Positions 19,821-29,554 of a stretch of 64,000 nt of DNA are shown one piece after another. Within the stretch, counting starts at the first letter, position 1, and every line of letters begins with the position of its first letter. The stretch covers positions 2,720,001 to 2,784,000 of the forward strand of contig CAVTCS010000003.1 of NCBI GenBank assembly GCA_963733295.1, written 5' to 3'. The notes below the pieces were generated by a model. That model was not told where the DNA came from, did no database searches, and worked only from the letters and a program-made list of their open reading frames with translations. This DNA is from Vulcanimicrobiota bacterium. GTDB taxonomy: Bacteria; Vulcanimicrobiota; Vulcanimicrobiia; Vulcanimicrobiales; Vulcanimicrobiaceae. Position numbers and translations under genes: made by a program.

Positions 19821-20258
19821 ATGAAACACCGTCCGCCGTTCCTCGGTATCGCCGCGTTCTGCGCGCTCTTCGTCACCACGGCCGCCGTCGCACAAATCGC
19901 TCCCGGCGACACCGGAGCGGGAATCAAACGCGGCATGCACTCGATGAACAACTCAGGCGAAGTCGGTAGCGTCACGCTCTTCAATCGAGGAAGCGGCTCG
20001 AAGACGCTCGTCGTCATCGAGCTGGCCGGAGAGCCGAACGGCCACCACCAGCCGGCTAGCATTCACCGCGCGAAAGCCTGCGAAGACGTAACGAACGAGC
20101 CCTCGTATCCACTCTCACCGACGATCAACGGCGTCTCGCGCACCCTGGTCGAAGCGCCCGAGGCGAAGCTTCTGTCGGGAAACTACGTCGTCGTCGTCCA
20201 CGCCGCCGACAATCACCTCGAACAATTCGTTTCCTGCGGGCAGCTCTACCAATCGTAG
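19821..20258 (+). CDS. Small secreted protein, short Cu/Zn-SOD-like or CHRD-like beta fold (tentative)
   Basis: AAGGA RBS-like sequence and signal peptide. Pattern NNSGE.G.VTL, QPASIH..C, YPL, VVVVH, V.CG.L. Confidence 0.65.
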   Translation: MKHRPPFLGIAAFCALFVTTAAVAQIAPGDTGAGIKRGMHSMNNSGEVGSVTLFNRGSGSKTLVVIELAGEPNGHHQPASIHRAKACEDVTNEPSYPLSPTINGVSRTLVEAPEAKLLSGNYVVVVHAADNHLEQFVSCGQLYQS

Positions 20259-20346
20259 CCGGAATGTGCGTCGTCACACAGCGGTTTCGCTTGCAGCGGC
20301 GCGCAAGAACCATTTTCAGCACCACGCCGCTTAGAGAAGATCCGGC

Positions 20347-21276
20347 ATGTCCGACTTGATCGATCCAACGCGCGCGACCTCGCCCGCCTTCAACCGCCGT
20401 ACGTTCGTCGGTCTTTCCGCAGGCGCCGCAGGCCTCGGCGGCACGGCGGCTGCCGGACTGGCGGCGCCTGCACCGGTCTACGGTCAACCGCATCCGCCGA
20501 TCATTCCGGAGAACGACCCGGACATCGAAGCGCAGCCGCTGCAGCTAACCTATCAGCTGCACGGCGGTACTCGCGTCGTCGAATCCTATACCGCGCGCCC
20601 CAAAAACGCGAAGCCCTCGACGCCGGGCGTCGTCGTCGTTCAAGCGATTTGGGGCGTCGACGCGCAGTTGCGCGACGTCGTCCGGCGCTTGGCGAAAGCC
20701 GGCTACGTGGCGATCGCACCCGACCTGTATAGCGGTCTCGGGGCACCGAGCGGCGACGGCGTGAGCGACTTCGAAGCCTTTCGTTCGTTCCCCGGCAAAT
20801 TGATCGACGAAACGGTCGACCACGACGTGCAGCAGGGCGCAGTCTGGGTTCACCGCCAAGGCACGAGTTCGGCGAAGGTCGGCGTCGTGGGCTTTTGCAT
20901 GGGGGGCAGTATCGCGCTCCGTCAGGCGGTCGACAGCGTTTCGCAGTTCAAAGCCGTCGCCGTGTTCTACGGAAAGGTTCGCTATTCGGCGAGCGGCGGC
21001 AACGACGGTCCGATCGTTCCGATCGACGTCGGCTACGCCGCCTCCATGGGCGTCCCGGTCGTGGGCAGCTGGGGCGCCCGCGACACCGGCATCCTTCCCG
21101 ACGACGTTCGCGCGCTCGAGGCGCGGCTGACCGAGCTCAACAAGCCGCACGACTTCGCGCTCTACGACGGAGCGGGCCACGCATTTTTTGACGACACGCG
21201 CAGCGCCTACGTCGCGAGTGCGGCGAACGATGCCTGGCTGCGCACGATCTCCTGGTTCCGGCGCTTCCTTTCGTAG
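20347..21276 (+). CDS. Dienelactone hydrolase family protein with Tat signal
   Basis: NRRTFV twin-arginine leader; GYVAIAPDLY, GFCMGG and AGHAFF motifs. Confidence 0.92.
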   Translation: MSDLIDPTRATSPAFNRRTFVGLSAGAAGLGGTAAAGLAAPAPVYGQPHPPIIPENDPDIEAQPLQLTYQLHGGTRVVESYTARPKNAKPSTPGVVVVQAIWGVDAQLRDVVRRLAKAGYVAIAPDLYSGLGAPSGDGVSDFEAFRSFPGKLIDETVDHDVQQGAVWVHRQGTSSAKVGVVGFCMGGSIALRQAVDSVSQFKAVAVFYGKVRYSASGGNDGPIVPIDVGYAASMGVPVVGSWGARDTGILPDDVRALEARLTELNKPHDFALYDGAGHAFFDDTRSAYVASAANDAWLRTISWFRRFLS

Positions 21277-22373
21277 TGCCTTTCACGCTAGTCCACTGCG
21301 CGGACGTTCATCTGGAAACGACGTTTCCGGATACCCGCGGCGGCGGCACTCGCCGCGCGGCGCTGGCCGACGCGTTCGTTCGGATCGTCGACGAAGCGCT
21401 GAGCTGCAAAGCCGATGCGCTCACGATCGGTGGCGATCTGTACGAAGCCGAGCGCGCCGGACCGGCGACGGTACGCTTTCTTTTCGAACAGTTCGTGCGC
21501 TTCGGCAAACCGGTCTTTCTCGCGCCCGGCAATCACGATCCGCACGCTCCCGGCTCGCTGCTCGCGCGCCCCGACTTGCCCGAAAACGTCCTCGTCTTCA
21601 ACGAAGCGGCCTGGCGCGCCATTCCGCTTGCCGAGGGCATCACGCTCTACGGGTTCGGCCACACGCCGGCCGAGCCGGGCCGTCCCTTCGCGAGCGCTCG
21701 CTTCGAGCGCGGCGGCGTACAGATCGCGCTCGTGCATGGAAGCGACGAAGCGCGCTGCCCGCCGAACAAACGCGCCACCGCGCCGTTCACGCAGCGCGAA
21801 GTCTCGGCTTCGGGCGCGAGCTTGCTGCTGACGGGGCACTATCACGGTGGTTACCTGACGACCGAGCGGGGGCGCGCGACGATCGCTTATCCCGGTTCGC
21901 CGGAACCGATCAAATTCGGCGAAGGCGCGACGCACGGCGTGGTGGTTCTGCGCGTGGATGGCGAGCACGTCGAGCCGACGCTCGTACCGACGGCGCGGAC
22001 GCGGCTCTTCGAACTCGAGTGCGATTTGAGCGGCGTCGGCCACGAACACGCGGCGCTCGCGCGCATCGAGAAAGCGCTGGCCCCACTCGGCAGGCGCGAC
22101 TACGTTCGCATGCGCCTCTTCGGTCAGGTCGCGCAGGGCACGCGGCTCGATGCGGCCTCGATGCGCGAACGTTTCGAGTCGGCCCTGGGTTCGCTCGAGT
22201 TGAACGATCGCACGACCTCGTATGACTACGAGCTGATCTCGCGCGAGCCGACGGTGCGCGGACACGTCGTGCGCGACTTGCTCGCGCTCTCCCGCGACGA
22301 CGGCTCGGAGCTTGCGGGCGAAGCGTTGCGCTACGCGCTGGCCGCCTTCGACGGTTCGGAGATCGCGCCGTGA
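21276..22373 (+). CDS. sbcD: SbcD/Mre11-like (YhaO-type) metallophosphoesterase nuclease
   Basis: ADVHL, GGDLYE, PGNHD, HGS, GHYH, YPGSPE; GTG overlaps the upstream TAG. Confidence 0.88.
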   Translation: MPFTLVHCADVHLETTFPDTRGGGTRRAALADAFVRIVDEALSCKADALTIGGDLYEAERAGPATVRFLFEQFVRFGKPVFLAPGNHDPHAPGSLLARPDLPENVLVFNEAAWRAIPLAEGITLYGFGHTPAEPGRPFASARFERGGVQIALVHGSDEARCPPNKRATAPFTQREVSASGASLLLTGHYHGGYLTTERGRATIAYPGSPEPIKFGEGATHGVVVLRVDGEHVEPTLVPTARTRLFELECDLSGVGHEHAALARIEKALAPLGRRDYVRMRLFGQVAQGTRLDAASMRERFESALGSLELNDRTTSYDYELISREPTVRGHVVRDLLALSRDDGSELAGEALRYALAAFDGSEIAP

Positions 22374-24823
22374 AACTACTCGAATTGCGCATCGACGGTT
22401 TCGGACGCTTGACCGATCGCACCGTGCGTTTCGATCCGCGCTTCAACGTGATCTACGGACCGAACGAAGCCGGCAAATCGACGCTGACCAGCGCCATCCT
22501 CGCTTCGCTCTACGGGTGCGGGCGCGGCGAGCGCGACTCGTGGCGTCCGTGGTCGGGGGCGCGCTACGCGGCCGCGCTCAAGTACGTGCTCTCGGACGGA
22601 CGCGAGTTCGAAGTCCAGCGGGACTTCGAGCGCGATGGGAAGGGAGTCCACGTTTACGACGCGAGCGGCAACGACGTGTCGGGCGAATGCGCGGTCGGAC
22701 GCAACATCGTTCCGGGGCTCACGCATCTCGGCGTGCCGCTCGAGGTCTTCCTCAACGCGTCGTACGTCGCCCAAGGCGAGGTCGAAATCGACGGCTCGCG
22801 CGCCGAACGCATAAGCCACGCCTTGGCCCAAGCGCTCGACGGCGGTCCGCGCGAAGATGCCGCGCTCGGCGCGCTCAAGCGGCTCGACGATGCGCTCGCG
22901 ACGCACGTGGGCAGCCGCCGCGCGACCGTTCACGCTCCCATGCGCCGCCTGACCGAGGAAACGCTCGAGCTCGAGGAACGTTGCGAGGAGGTGCGGCGCC
23001 GCCTGCGCGAGCTCGACGAGTTGCGCGCCCGGCTCGGCGCCGAGACCGCGCGTACCGCCGAACTCGAGGAGGCGCTGCGCGAACACGAGCGCCGGACTCG
23101 CGCGGTTCGCGCGTACGCCATTCGTTTGCGGCTCGATGGTCTGCGCGAGATTCGCGACGAACTGGCCGACCTGCAAGCGAAGCGGGCCGAGTACGAGGAC
23201 GTCGAGGGCTTCTCGAGCGTGCAAGTTCCCGAACTCGAGAAGCGCTACCGCGAATGGCACACGCTCGAAGCGCTTGCCGTCGACCGGGCGGCCGAGGCGG
23301 CCAAGGCACGGGTCACGCCCTCGCTCTTAGCAGAGCTCGACGAACGCCTCAGCCAGGGCGGCGGCCTGGACGACTACGCTTTCGCCGATCTGGAAGACGC
23401 GGCCAAAGCCGCGACCGAAGCGCGCGACAAGGCGACCTTCGCCGCCAACGAGGTTCAGGCGGCGCGGCGTTCGGTCGACGGCGGCAGCGAACTGTTCGGC
23501 GCCGCTTTCGCTTCGGGAATCTTTGTCGCGGCCGGCGCGGCCCTCCTCATGTTTTTTGCCGATTGGATGCTGGCCGCTCCGACGGCGGTGCTCGCTCTGC
23601 TCCTTTTCGTGTTCGCGGGAACGCGTTGGGCGAAGCGGCGCGCCGCGCTGCGCCGCATCGCGGAAATGCAGCAGCGTGCCGACCGCGCGACGGCGGAGGA
23701 AAGCGAGGCCGCGGAAAAACTCGCGCGCGCCCTCGAGCCGCTCGGTGCGACCTCGCTCGAGGAGTTGACGAAACGCCGTCATCGCGCGCAGGAGCTCATG
23801 CTGCGCCGGGATGCGGGCCGGCATTCCGCCGAACGCGCCGCCGACGCGCGCGCCAAGGCCGAACGCGCCGCAGCTTCCTTTGACGAACTCGCGCGCCGGA
23901 TGCTGCCGGCGACCGGTTCGCGCGAAGCCGATCTCGCCGCGGTGAAGTTGCGCGAGTCGCGCCGCGGCACGCGCGACGGTATCGACGTTCGGCTCTCGAT
24001 GCTCGACGTACGGCGCAACGACGTGCTGCGCAACGAGGACGAGTTCGCGCTGGCAGCCGAGCTGTCGGAACTGATCGCAAGCGGGACGAATCCGGCGCCG
24101 CTCGAGCCCGGTACCTCGGCGCGCGCCTTCGAAGCCGAACGGGCCGACCTCGAGCGGCGCGCGAGCGAGAGCCGTTCAGCGGCCGCAGCCAGCGCCGGCG
24201 AGTTGCGGACGGCGGAAGCGCAGATCGGCGACCTCGCCGCGCTCGACGAACAAATCCAGCACTCGCGCGCCGAGTGCGCGCGGCTCGAACGCTTCGAAGC
24301 CGCGCTCGGCTTGGCTCGCGACAAGATCGACGAGCGCACCCGCGAGGCGCATCAGAAGTTCGCCCGGCGCCTGGGCGACTACGCTTCACGAACGCTGGCC
24401 GAAGTCACCGCAGGCCGCTACGGCGACGTCCGCATCGACCCGACGACCCTCGCGCTCCGGCTGCGCGCGCCGGAGACCGGCGCGATCGTCGACGTTTCCG
24501 AACTCTCGGCCGGAACGCGCGAGCAAGCCTACCTCGTCGTTCGCCTGGCGATGTTGCGCATGTTCGGCGAAGGCATCGAGACGGCGCCGCTCTTGCTCGA
24601 CGACCCGTTCAGTTTCTGGGACGAGACGCGCATCGAGCGCGGCTTTCCCGTCCTCGAGTCGGCGGCAAACGAGGCGCAGGTCATCCTGTTCACGGCCAGC
24701 CGCGACTTGTGCGATGCTGCCGCGCAGCGCGGCGCGCGGGTCATCGAACTGAGCGACGGCACGCCGAGCGGGAAACCGCTGCTGCGCAGCGTCTCGAACT
24801 TGCCGAGCGTCGCCGAGTTGTAA
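22370..24823 (+). CDS. SbcC/YhaN-like SMC ATPase with internal transmembrane hairpin
   Basis: IDGFG, Walker A GPNEAGKST, long coiled coil, two hydrophobic helices in the middle, signature LSAGT, Walker B LLLDDPF. Confidence 0.88.
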   Translation: MKLLELRIDGFGRLTDRTVRFDPRFNVIYGPNEAGKSTLTSAILASLYGCGRGERDSWRPWSGARYAAALKYVLSDGREFEVQRDFERDGKGVHVYDASGNDVSGECAVGRNIVPGLTHLGVPLEVFLNASYVAQGEVEIDGSRAERISHALAQALDGGPREDAALGALKRLDDALATHVGSRRATVHAPMRRLTEETLELEERCEEVRRRLRELDELRARLGAETARTAELEEALREHERRTRAVRAYAIRLRLDGLREIRDELADLQAKRAEYEDVEGFSSVQVPELEKRYREWHTLEALAVDRAAEAAKARVTPSLLAELDERLSQGGGLDDYAFADLEDAAKAATEARDKATFAANEVQAARRSVDGGSELFGAAFASGIFVAAGAALLMFFADWMLAAPTAVLALLLFVFAGTRWAKRRAALRRIAEMQQRADRATAEESEAAEKLARALEPLGATSLEELTKRRHRAQELMLRRDAGRHSAERAADARAKAERAAASFDELARRMLPATGSREADLAAVKLRESRRGTRDGIDVRLSMLDVRRNDVLRNEDEFALAAELSELIASGTNPAPLEPGTSARAFEAERADLERRASESRSAAAASAGELRTAEAQIGDLAALDEQIQHSRAECARLERFEAALGLARDKIDERTREAHQKFARRLGDYASRTLAEVTAGRYGDVRIDPTTLALRLRAPETGAIVDVSELSAGTREQAYLVVRLAMLRMFGEGIETAPLLLDDPFSFWDETRIERGFPVLESAANEAQVILFTASRDLCDAAAQRGARVIELSDGTPSGKPLLRSVSNLPSVAEL

Positions 24824-24824
24824 G

Positions 24825-25364
24825 TTAGCGGCTGGCCGCTTGCAGTTTCGTCAGTGCCGCGAGGGTGTTGGCGACGTGTTTAACCGGGTCGAGGTCGGTG
24901 TAGGTATAGACGATCTTGCCGTCCGGTGCGATGACGTACGAGGTCCGGTTCGAATACAGATCGCCGTCGAACGTCACGACTGCATGGTACTCTTTGGATA
25001 TGGCGTGGTTGGCGTCCGAGGCCACCGCGAACTTGCTCCGGCACTCCGAAACGGAGAACTTGTCGAGCTTGGCGATGTTGTCGCCGGAAACGCCGATGAC
25101 CGTCGCACCGAGCTTGGTGTAGTCGCCGATGTGCGAGGCGAAGTCGTGCGCTTCCATCGTGCAGCCCTGCGTGAAGGCTGCCGGATAGAAGTACAGCACG
25201 ACCGGTCCCTTGGCCAGCGCCGCGCCTAAATCGAACGTGAAAACCTTGCCTCCCAGCGACGCCTGCGTCTTAAAGTCCGGCGCCGTCGCGCCCACGGCGA
25301 GGGCGGCCACGGCCGGCGCGGCGGCGAGCGCAGTCAAGAGCAATCCAAAAAAGATCTTTCGCAT
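24825..25364 (-). CDS. Exported peroxiredoxin (BCP/PrxQ type)
   Basis: Signal peptide; APDF, LYFYPAAFTQGCT.EA, GVS.D, RTSYVI. Confidence 0.9.
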   Translation of the reverse strand: MRKIFFGLLLTALAAAPAVAALAVGATAPDFKTQASLGGKVFTFDLGAALAKGPVVLYFYPAAFTQGCTMEAHDFASHIGDYTKLGATVIGVSGDNIAKLDKFSVSECRSKFAVASDANHAISKEYHAVVTFDGDLYSNRTSYVIAPDGKIVYTYTDLDPVKHVANTLAALTKLQAASR

Positions 25365-26512
25365 CACAACCCCATCAAGCGGGCGATCACCAGTCGTTGC
25401 ACTTCGTTCGTACCCTCACCGATCTCGTTGATCTTCTGATCGCGATACATGCGCGAGACCGGGTATTCGTCCATGAAGCCGTAGCCCCCGTGTATCTGGA
25501 CCGCTTCGTTTACGACGCGCCGCGAAACCTCGCCCGAGTAGAGCTTGGCCAGACTCGCCGTCATGACGTAGTCGCGCCCGCTGTCCTTTTCCCAGGCTGC
25601 TTTCAGGACCATCAGCTTCGCGTGTTCGATCTCGCACAACATGTCCGCTAGCTTGAACTGGATGGCTTGAAACTTTGAGATCGATTGTCCGAACTGCTGA
25701 CGCTCCTTGGCGTACTTCAGCGCTTCGTCGTAAGCGCCCAGCGCGAGCCCCACCGAAAGGGCCGCGACCGAGATACGGCCGCCGTCGAGGATCGTCAGGA
25801 ACTGTTTGAGGCCTCGGCCGCGCTCGCCGAGCAGGTTCGCTTCGGGAACGCGCGCGTCGCTGAACGAAAGCTCCCGCGTATCCGACGCCTTCCAGCCCAT
25901 CTTTCGATACTTCTTGCTGCGCACGAAGCCTGGGGCGTCCTGCGGCACGATCAAGTTCGAGATTTCGGGGCGGCCCTGCGCGTCGGTCCCCGTGATGACG
26001 GTGATCGTCGTGCCGCCCGTGATGTCGGTTCCGCTGTTGGTGATGAAGGCCTTGGTGCCGTTCACGATCCAGTGACCGTCGCGGAGTTCGGCTCGCGTAC
26101 GCGTGCCGCCGGCGTCGCTGCCGGCCTGCGGCTCGGTCAGGCCGAACCCCCAGAGCATTTCGCCGCGCGCCAGGGGCACGAGGTAGCGTTGTTTCTGATC
26201 TTCGGTGCCGAAGAGATAGAAGGGCATCGAGCCGAGCGAAACGTGCGCCGCCAGGGTGATCGCGGTCGAGGCATCGGCCCGCGCGATCTCGAGGACGGCG
26301 AGCGCGTAACTGACCGTGTCGCCGCCCGAGCCGCCATACTCTTCGGGGAAAGGCAAACCCATGAGGCCGAGTTCGGCCATCTTCTTGACGAGATCGTACG
26401 GAAACTCGGCTTTCGAGTCGATCTCTTCGGCACGCGCGCGCACTTCGTCACGCGCAAACTCGTGGCAGAGCGCTTGAATCGCTTTCTGCTCGTCGCTCAG
26501 ATCAAAGTCCAT
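25364..26512 (-). CDS. Acyl-CoA dehydrogenase
   Basis: GLTEPQAGSDA, NGTKAFITN, R.QFG..I..FQ, QIHGGYG, IGEGTNEVQR. Confidence 0.95.
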   Translation of the reverse strand: MDFDLSDEQKAIQALCHEFARDEVRARAEEIDSKAEFPYDLVKKMAELGLMGLPFPEEYGGSGGDTVSYALAVLEIARADASTAITLAAHVSLGSMPFYLFGTEDQKQRYLVPLARGEMLWGFGLTEPQAGSDAGGTRTRAELRDGHWIVNGTKAFITNSGTDITGGTTITVITGTDAQGRPEISNLIVPQDAPGFVRSKKYRKMGWKASDTRELSFSDARVPEANLLGERGRGLKQFLTILDGGRISVAALSVGLALGAYDEALKYAKERQQFGQSISKFQAIQFKLADMLCEIEHAKLMVLKAAWEKDSGRDYVMTASLAKLYSGEVSRRVVNEAVQIHGGYGFMDEYPVSRMYRDQKINEIGEGTNEVQRLVIARLMGL

Positions 26513-26604
26513 AGTCAGAGGTATCCGTCCTCTCCGGCGCCGAAAACTCCTGTAATGTCATCGCTCGAGCGGCCACGTCTGCGCAGAGCCGATGGGTGTG
26601 TCGT

Positions 26605-27363
26605 ATGATCGTGCTTCGCGACGTTACCCTGGTATATCCCAACGGGACGCGTGCTCTCGATGGGATCGAGCTCGAAATCAAAAAGGGGAGCTTCGTTTTT
26701 CTGGTCGGCCATTCTGGCACCGGAAAGTCGAGCCTACTCCGTTTGCTGTATCGCGAACAGGTCCCAACGCGCGGTGAAGTGACCGTCGACGGCGTGCGGG
26801 TCGATCGCCTGCGGCGCTCGCGCGTCGCTCAGTTGCGCCGCAGCGTCGGCGTCGTGTTCCAAGATTTCAAGCTTCTGGCCGACAAGACGGTCTGGGAAAA
26901 CGTCGCCTTCGCGCTGCAGGTCACGGGAACGCGGACCGACGACGTGATGCGCCAAGTTCCCAGGGTCCTCGACCTGGTCGGACTCTCCCACAAGTCGCGC
27001 ATGTTTCCGAGCGAGCTTTCGGGCGGCGAACAACAGCGCACCGCAATCGCGCGCGCGCTGGTCAACAATCCGAAGATTCTGCTGTGCGACGAACCGACCG
27101 GTAACCTCGATCCCGCCAACACGAACGACGTGATGGAGCTCCTTCACCGCATCAACCTCAAAGGTACGACGGTCGTCATCGCGACCCACAACGCGCTGGT
27201 CGTCGACCGGATGCGCCGGCGCGTCATCCGCTTGGAAGACGGCCGGATCGTGGCCGACGAGGAACGCGGCTACTACCACGCGGCAAGCGGCAGCGCCGAC
27301 GCCGACGTGGCTCTCGCTCGGAGTCGCAATGGACTGGGGACGGCTACAGTTCTTCCTCGGTGA
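26605..27363 (+). CDS. ftsE: Cell division ATP-binding protein FtsE
   Basis: [34 protein letters not shown]; directly upstream of ftsX. Confidence 0.95.
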   Translation: MIVLRDVTLVYPNGTRALDGIELEIKKGSFVFLVGHSGTGKSSLLRLLYREQVPTRGEVTVDGVRVDRLRRSRVAQLRRSVGVVFQDFKLLADKTVWENVAFALQVTGTRTDDVMRQVPRVLDLVGLSHKSRMFPSELSGGEQQRTAIARALVNNPKILLCDEPTGNLDPANTNDVMELLHRINLKGTTVVIATHNALVVDRMRRRVIRLEDGRIVADEERGYYHAASGSADADVALARSRNGLGTATVLPR

Positions 27364-28210
27364 GATCCGCCGCAACTTCACGCGGAATCTCATCATGCAG
27401 TTGACCGCGATCGGCACCGTTACGGTGACGATCGTCTTGCTCGGAGCGTTTTTGTTCACGCGCCAAGCGCTGGGAAAGATCGGCGACGACGTACTTCACA
27501 AGATCGAAATCTCGGTCTTCCTGAAGGACGGTGCGACCCAGGACGCGGCCAAGGCCCTCGAGGCCAAGGTCGCTGCCGATCCAAGGGTCGCGAGCGTCGT
27601 CTTCATTCCCAAGGCCGAGGGGTTGCGTGAAATGCGCGCGCGGCTGCAAGGGCAGATCGATACCTCGCTTCTGACGCAAAACCCGTTGCCCGACGCGCTG
27701 CGCGTCAAGGTCGTGCGCCCGCAAGAGGTGCGCGCCGTCGCCGAGGCGATCCGCACCCTGCCGAACGTGGCGAGCGTCGAGTACGCCCACGACATCGTCG
27801 AACGGCTGCTGACGCTTTCGGACGTCTTCGGCAAGATCGGACTCGGCGTCGTGGCGCTCTTGCTCTTCACGGCGGCGATCATCATCTCGAACACGATCCG
27901 GTTGACCGTCTTCGCGCGGCGCCGCGAGATCGCAATCATGCGGCTCGTGGGCGCTTCGGGAACCTACATTCGCTTGCCGTTCGTCGTCGAAGGACTCATC
28001 GACGGTTTGCTCGGTGCCGCGATCGCGCTCGCGATCCTCGAACTCGGGCGCTCGCAGCTGATACCGAAACTCGCCGTCGCGCTTCCCTTCGTGCCGCTCT
28101 CGAGTACGAACGTCGAACAGCTTTGGCTCGCGGCAGTGCTGCTCGGAACGGGCGCGCTGATCGGAATCGTCGCCTCGTGGATCTCGGTGGGACGGTACCT
28201 TCGCGCGTGA
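27329..28210 (+). CDS. ftsX: Cell division permease FtsX
   Basis: Four-TM pattern, NPLPDAL, ISNTIRLTVFARRREIAIMRLVGA, PFVVEG. Confidence 0.95.
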   Translation: MDWGRLQFFLGEIRRNFTRNLIMQLTAIGTVTVTIVLLGAFLFTRQALGKIGDDVLHKIEISVFLKDGATQDAAKALEAKVAADPRVASVVFIPKAEGLREMRARLQGQIDTSLLTQNPLPDALRVKVVRPQEVRAVAEAIRTLPNVASVEYAHDIVERLLTLSDVFGKIGLGVVALLLFTAAIIISNTIRLTVFARRREIAIMRLVGASGTYIRLPFVVEGLIDGLLGAAIALAILELGRSQLIPKLAVALPFVPLSSTNVEQLWLAAVLLGTGALIGIVASWISVGRYLRA

Positions 28211-29445
28211 GGGCTTTCGCCGCGACCGTCTTGAGCGCGGCGTTGTTCGGCGCGGCGCCGCTCCTCGCCGGCGCCGCCGGCAAACACGAGGTCGCTTCGA
28301 TCGGCGACAAGATCCAGTCGCAACAGGCTCAAATCGAGGCGACCCGCAAGCGCCTTGAAGAAAAGCGTCACCTGCTCCAGTTCCAGGAGTTGCGCGCCGG
28401 CGATCTGCACCGGCAACTCGACCAGACGAACGGCTCGATCTCGCGCGCCGGCGCGATGCTCGACCAGATCTCGGGCGAGGTGACGTACAACCGGCGCAAC
28501 CTGACCTGGAACGAACTCCAGCTCGAAGCCGCTCGAACCACCTTGGCGCGCCATACGGCCGCGCTCGAGCGCCGCATCGTCGACGCCTACGAACACGGCG
28601 ACCTGGGCTACGTGAACGTGCTGCTTTCCGCTTCGTCGTTCACCGATTTCGTCGAGCGTTGGGACGACATCCGTTACCTCATCGCGCAAAATCAGCACAC
28701 CGTGCGCGAGCGCAAAGCCGCCGAAGCGCGCGTCGCCGCCGCGGAGCAAGCGCTCGAAGCGGAGCGCGCGGCGCTCGACGATTCGCTGTTGCGCGAGCAG
28801 CAGACGCGCTACAAACTCGCCGCGCTGGCCGACCAGCGCGCGCAGCTCGTCGCGATGGCCGACCAGCAGCGGCTCAGCGTGGCGCACGAGGTGGCGCAGC
28901 TGGAAGATCTTTCGGCGGCGCAAGAAGCGGCGCTCGAAGCTTTGATCCGTCAGCGTCAAGCCGCCGAAGCGGCGCGCCGCGCCGCGGAAAACGAAGCGCG
29001 CCGCCGAGCCGCGCAGTTAGCCGGAGTCGAGTTGCCGCCGCCGATCAGCGACGGCGCGCCGAGCAGCTTCGGATGGCCCGTCTCGGGCCCCATCACCTCG
29101 CCTTTCGGCATGCGGAACGATCCTTTGGGGCGCGGCTTCCGCATGCATACAGGCATCGACATCGGGGCTCCGATGGGCTCGACGGTGACCGCTTCCGCAG
29201 GCGGCCGCATCATCTACGCCGGCTGGGAAGGCGGCTACGGGAACACGATCATCATCGATCACGGCGGCGCGACCTCGACGCTCTACGCGCACCTCTCACA
29301 GATCTTCATTTCGCAGGGCCAAGACGTCCAGCGCGGCCAGGCGATCGGCGCGGTCGGGTGCACCGGCAACTGCACCGGTCCGCACCTGCACTTCGAGATC
29401 CGGCTGAACGGCGTCCCGACCGACCCGACCGCTCGCCTGCGCTAG
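28207..29445 (+). CDS. Coiled-coil M23 peptidase (EnvC/CwlO-type murein hydrolase or activator)
   Basis: GTGA overlap, signal peptide, long coiled coil, and an M23 domain with intact HTGID and HLH motifs. Confidence 0.92.
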   Translation: MRAFAATVLSAALFGAAPLLAGAAGKHEVASIGDKIQSQQAQIEATRKRLEEKRHLLQFQELRAGDLHRQLDQTNGSISRAGAMLDQISGEVTYNRRNLTWNELQLEAARTTLARHTAALERRIVDAYEHGDLGYVNVLLSASSFTDFVERWDDIRYLIAQNQHTVRERKAAEARVAAAEQALEAERAALDDSLLREQQTRYKLAALADQRAQLVAMADQQRLSVAHEVAQLEDLSAAQEAALEALIRQRQAAEAARRAAENEARRRAAQLAGVELPPPISDGAPSSFGWPVSGPITSPFGMRNDPLGRGFRMHTGIDIGAPMGSTVTASAGGRIIYAGWEGGYGNTIIIDHGGATSTLYAHLSQIFISQGQDVQRGQAIGAVGCTGNCTGPHLHFEIRLNGVPTDPTARLR

Positions 29446-29554
29446 GCTGCGCCCGGGAGCGCCGCCCGCTCGCCTGCGTGAAGGGAGGATGAAAACCCGT
29501 CACAGGGGGTGCTTTACCAGAACAAATGGAGCTTTGGGCGCGTACAATACGGAA

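Noticed and set aside
6576..20315. Shared AGAACCATTT upstream of qor (6576-6585) and the dienelactone hydrolase (20306-20315) as an ECF -35 element
   Set aside because: Only two instances, different distances to ATG, and no consistent -10.
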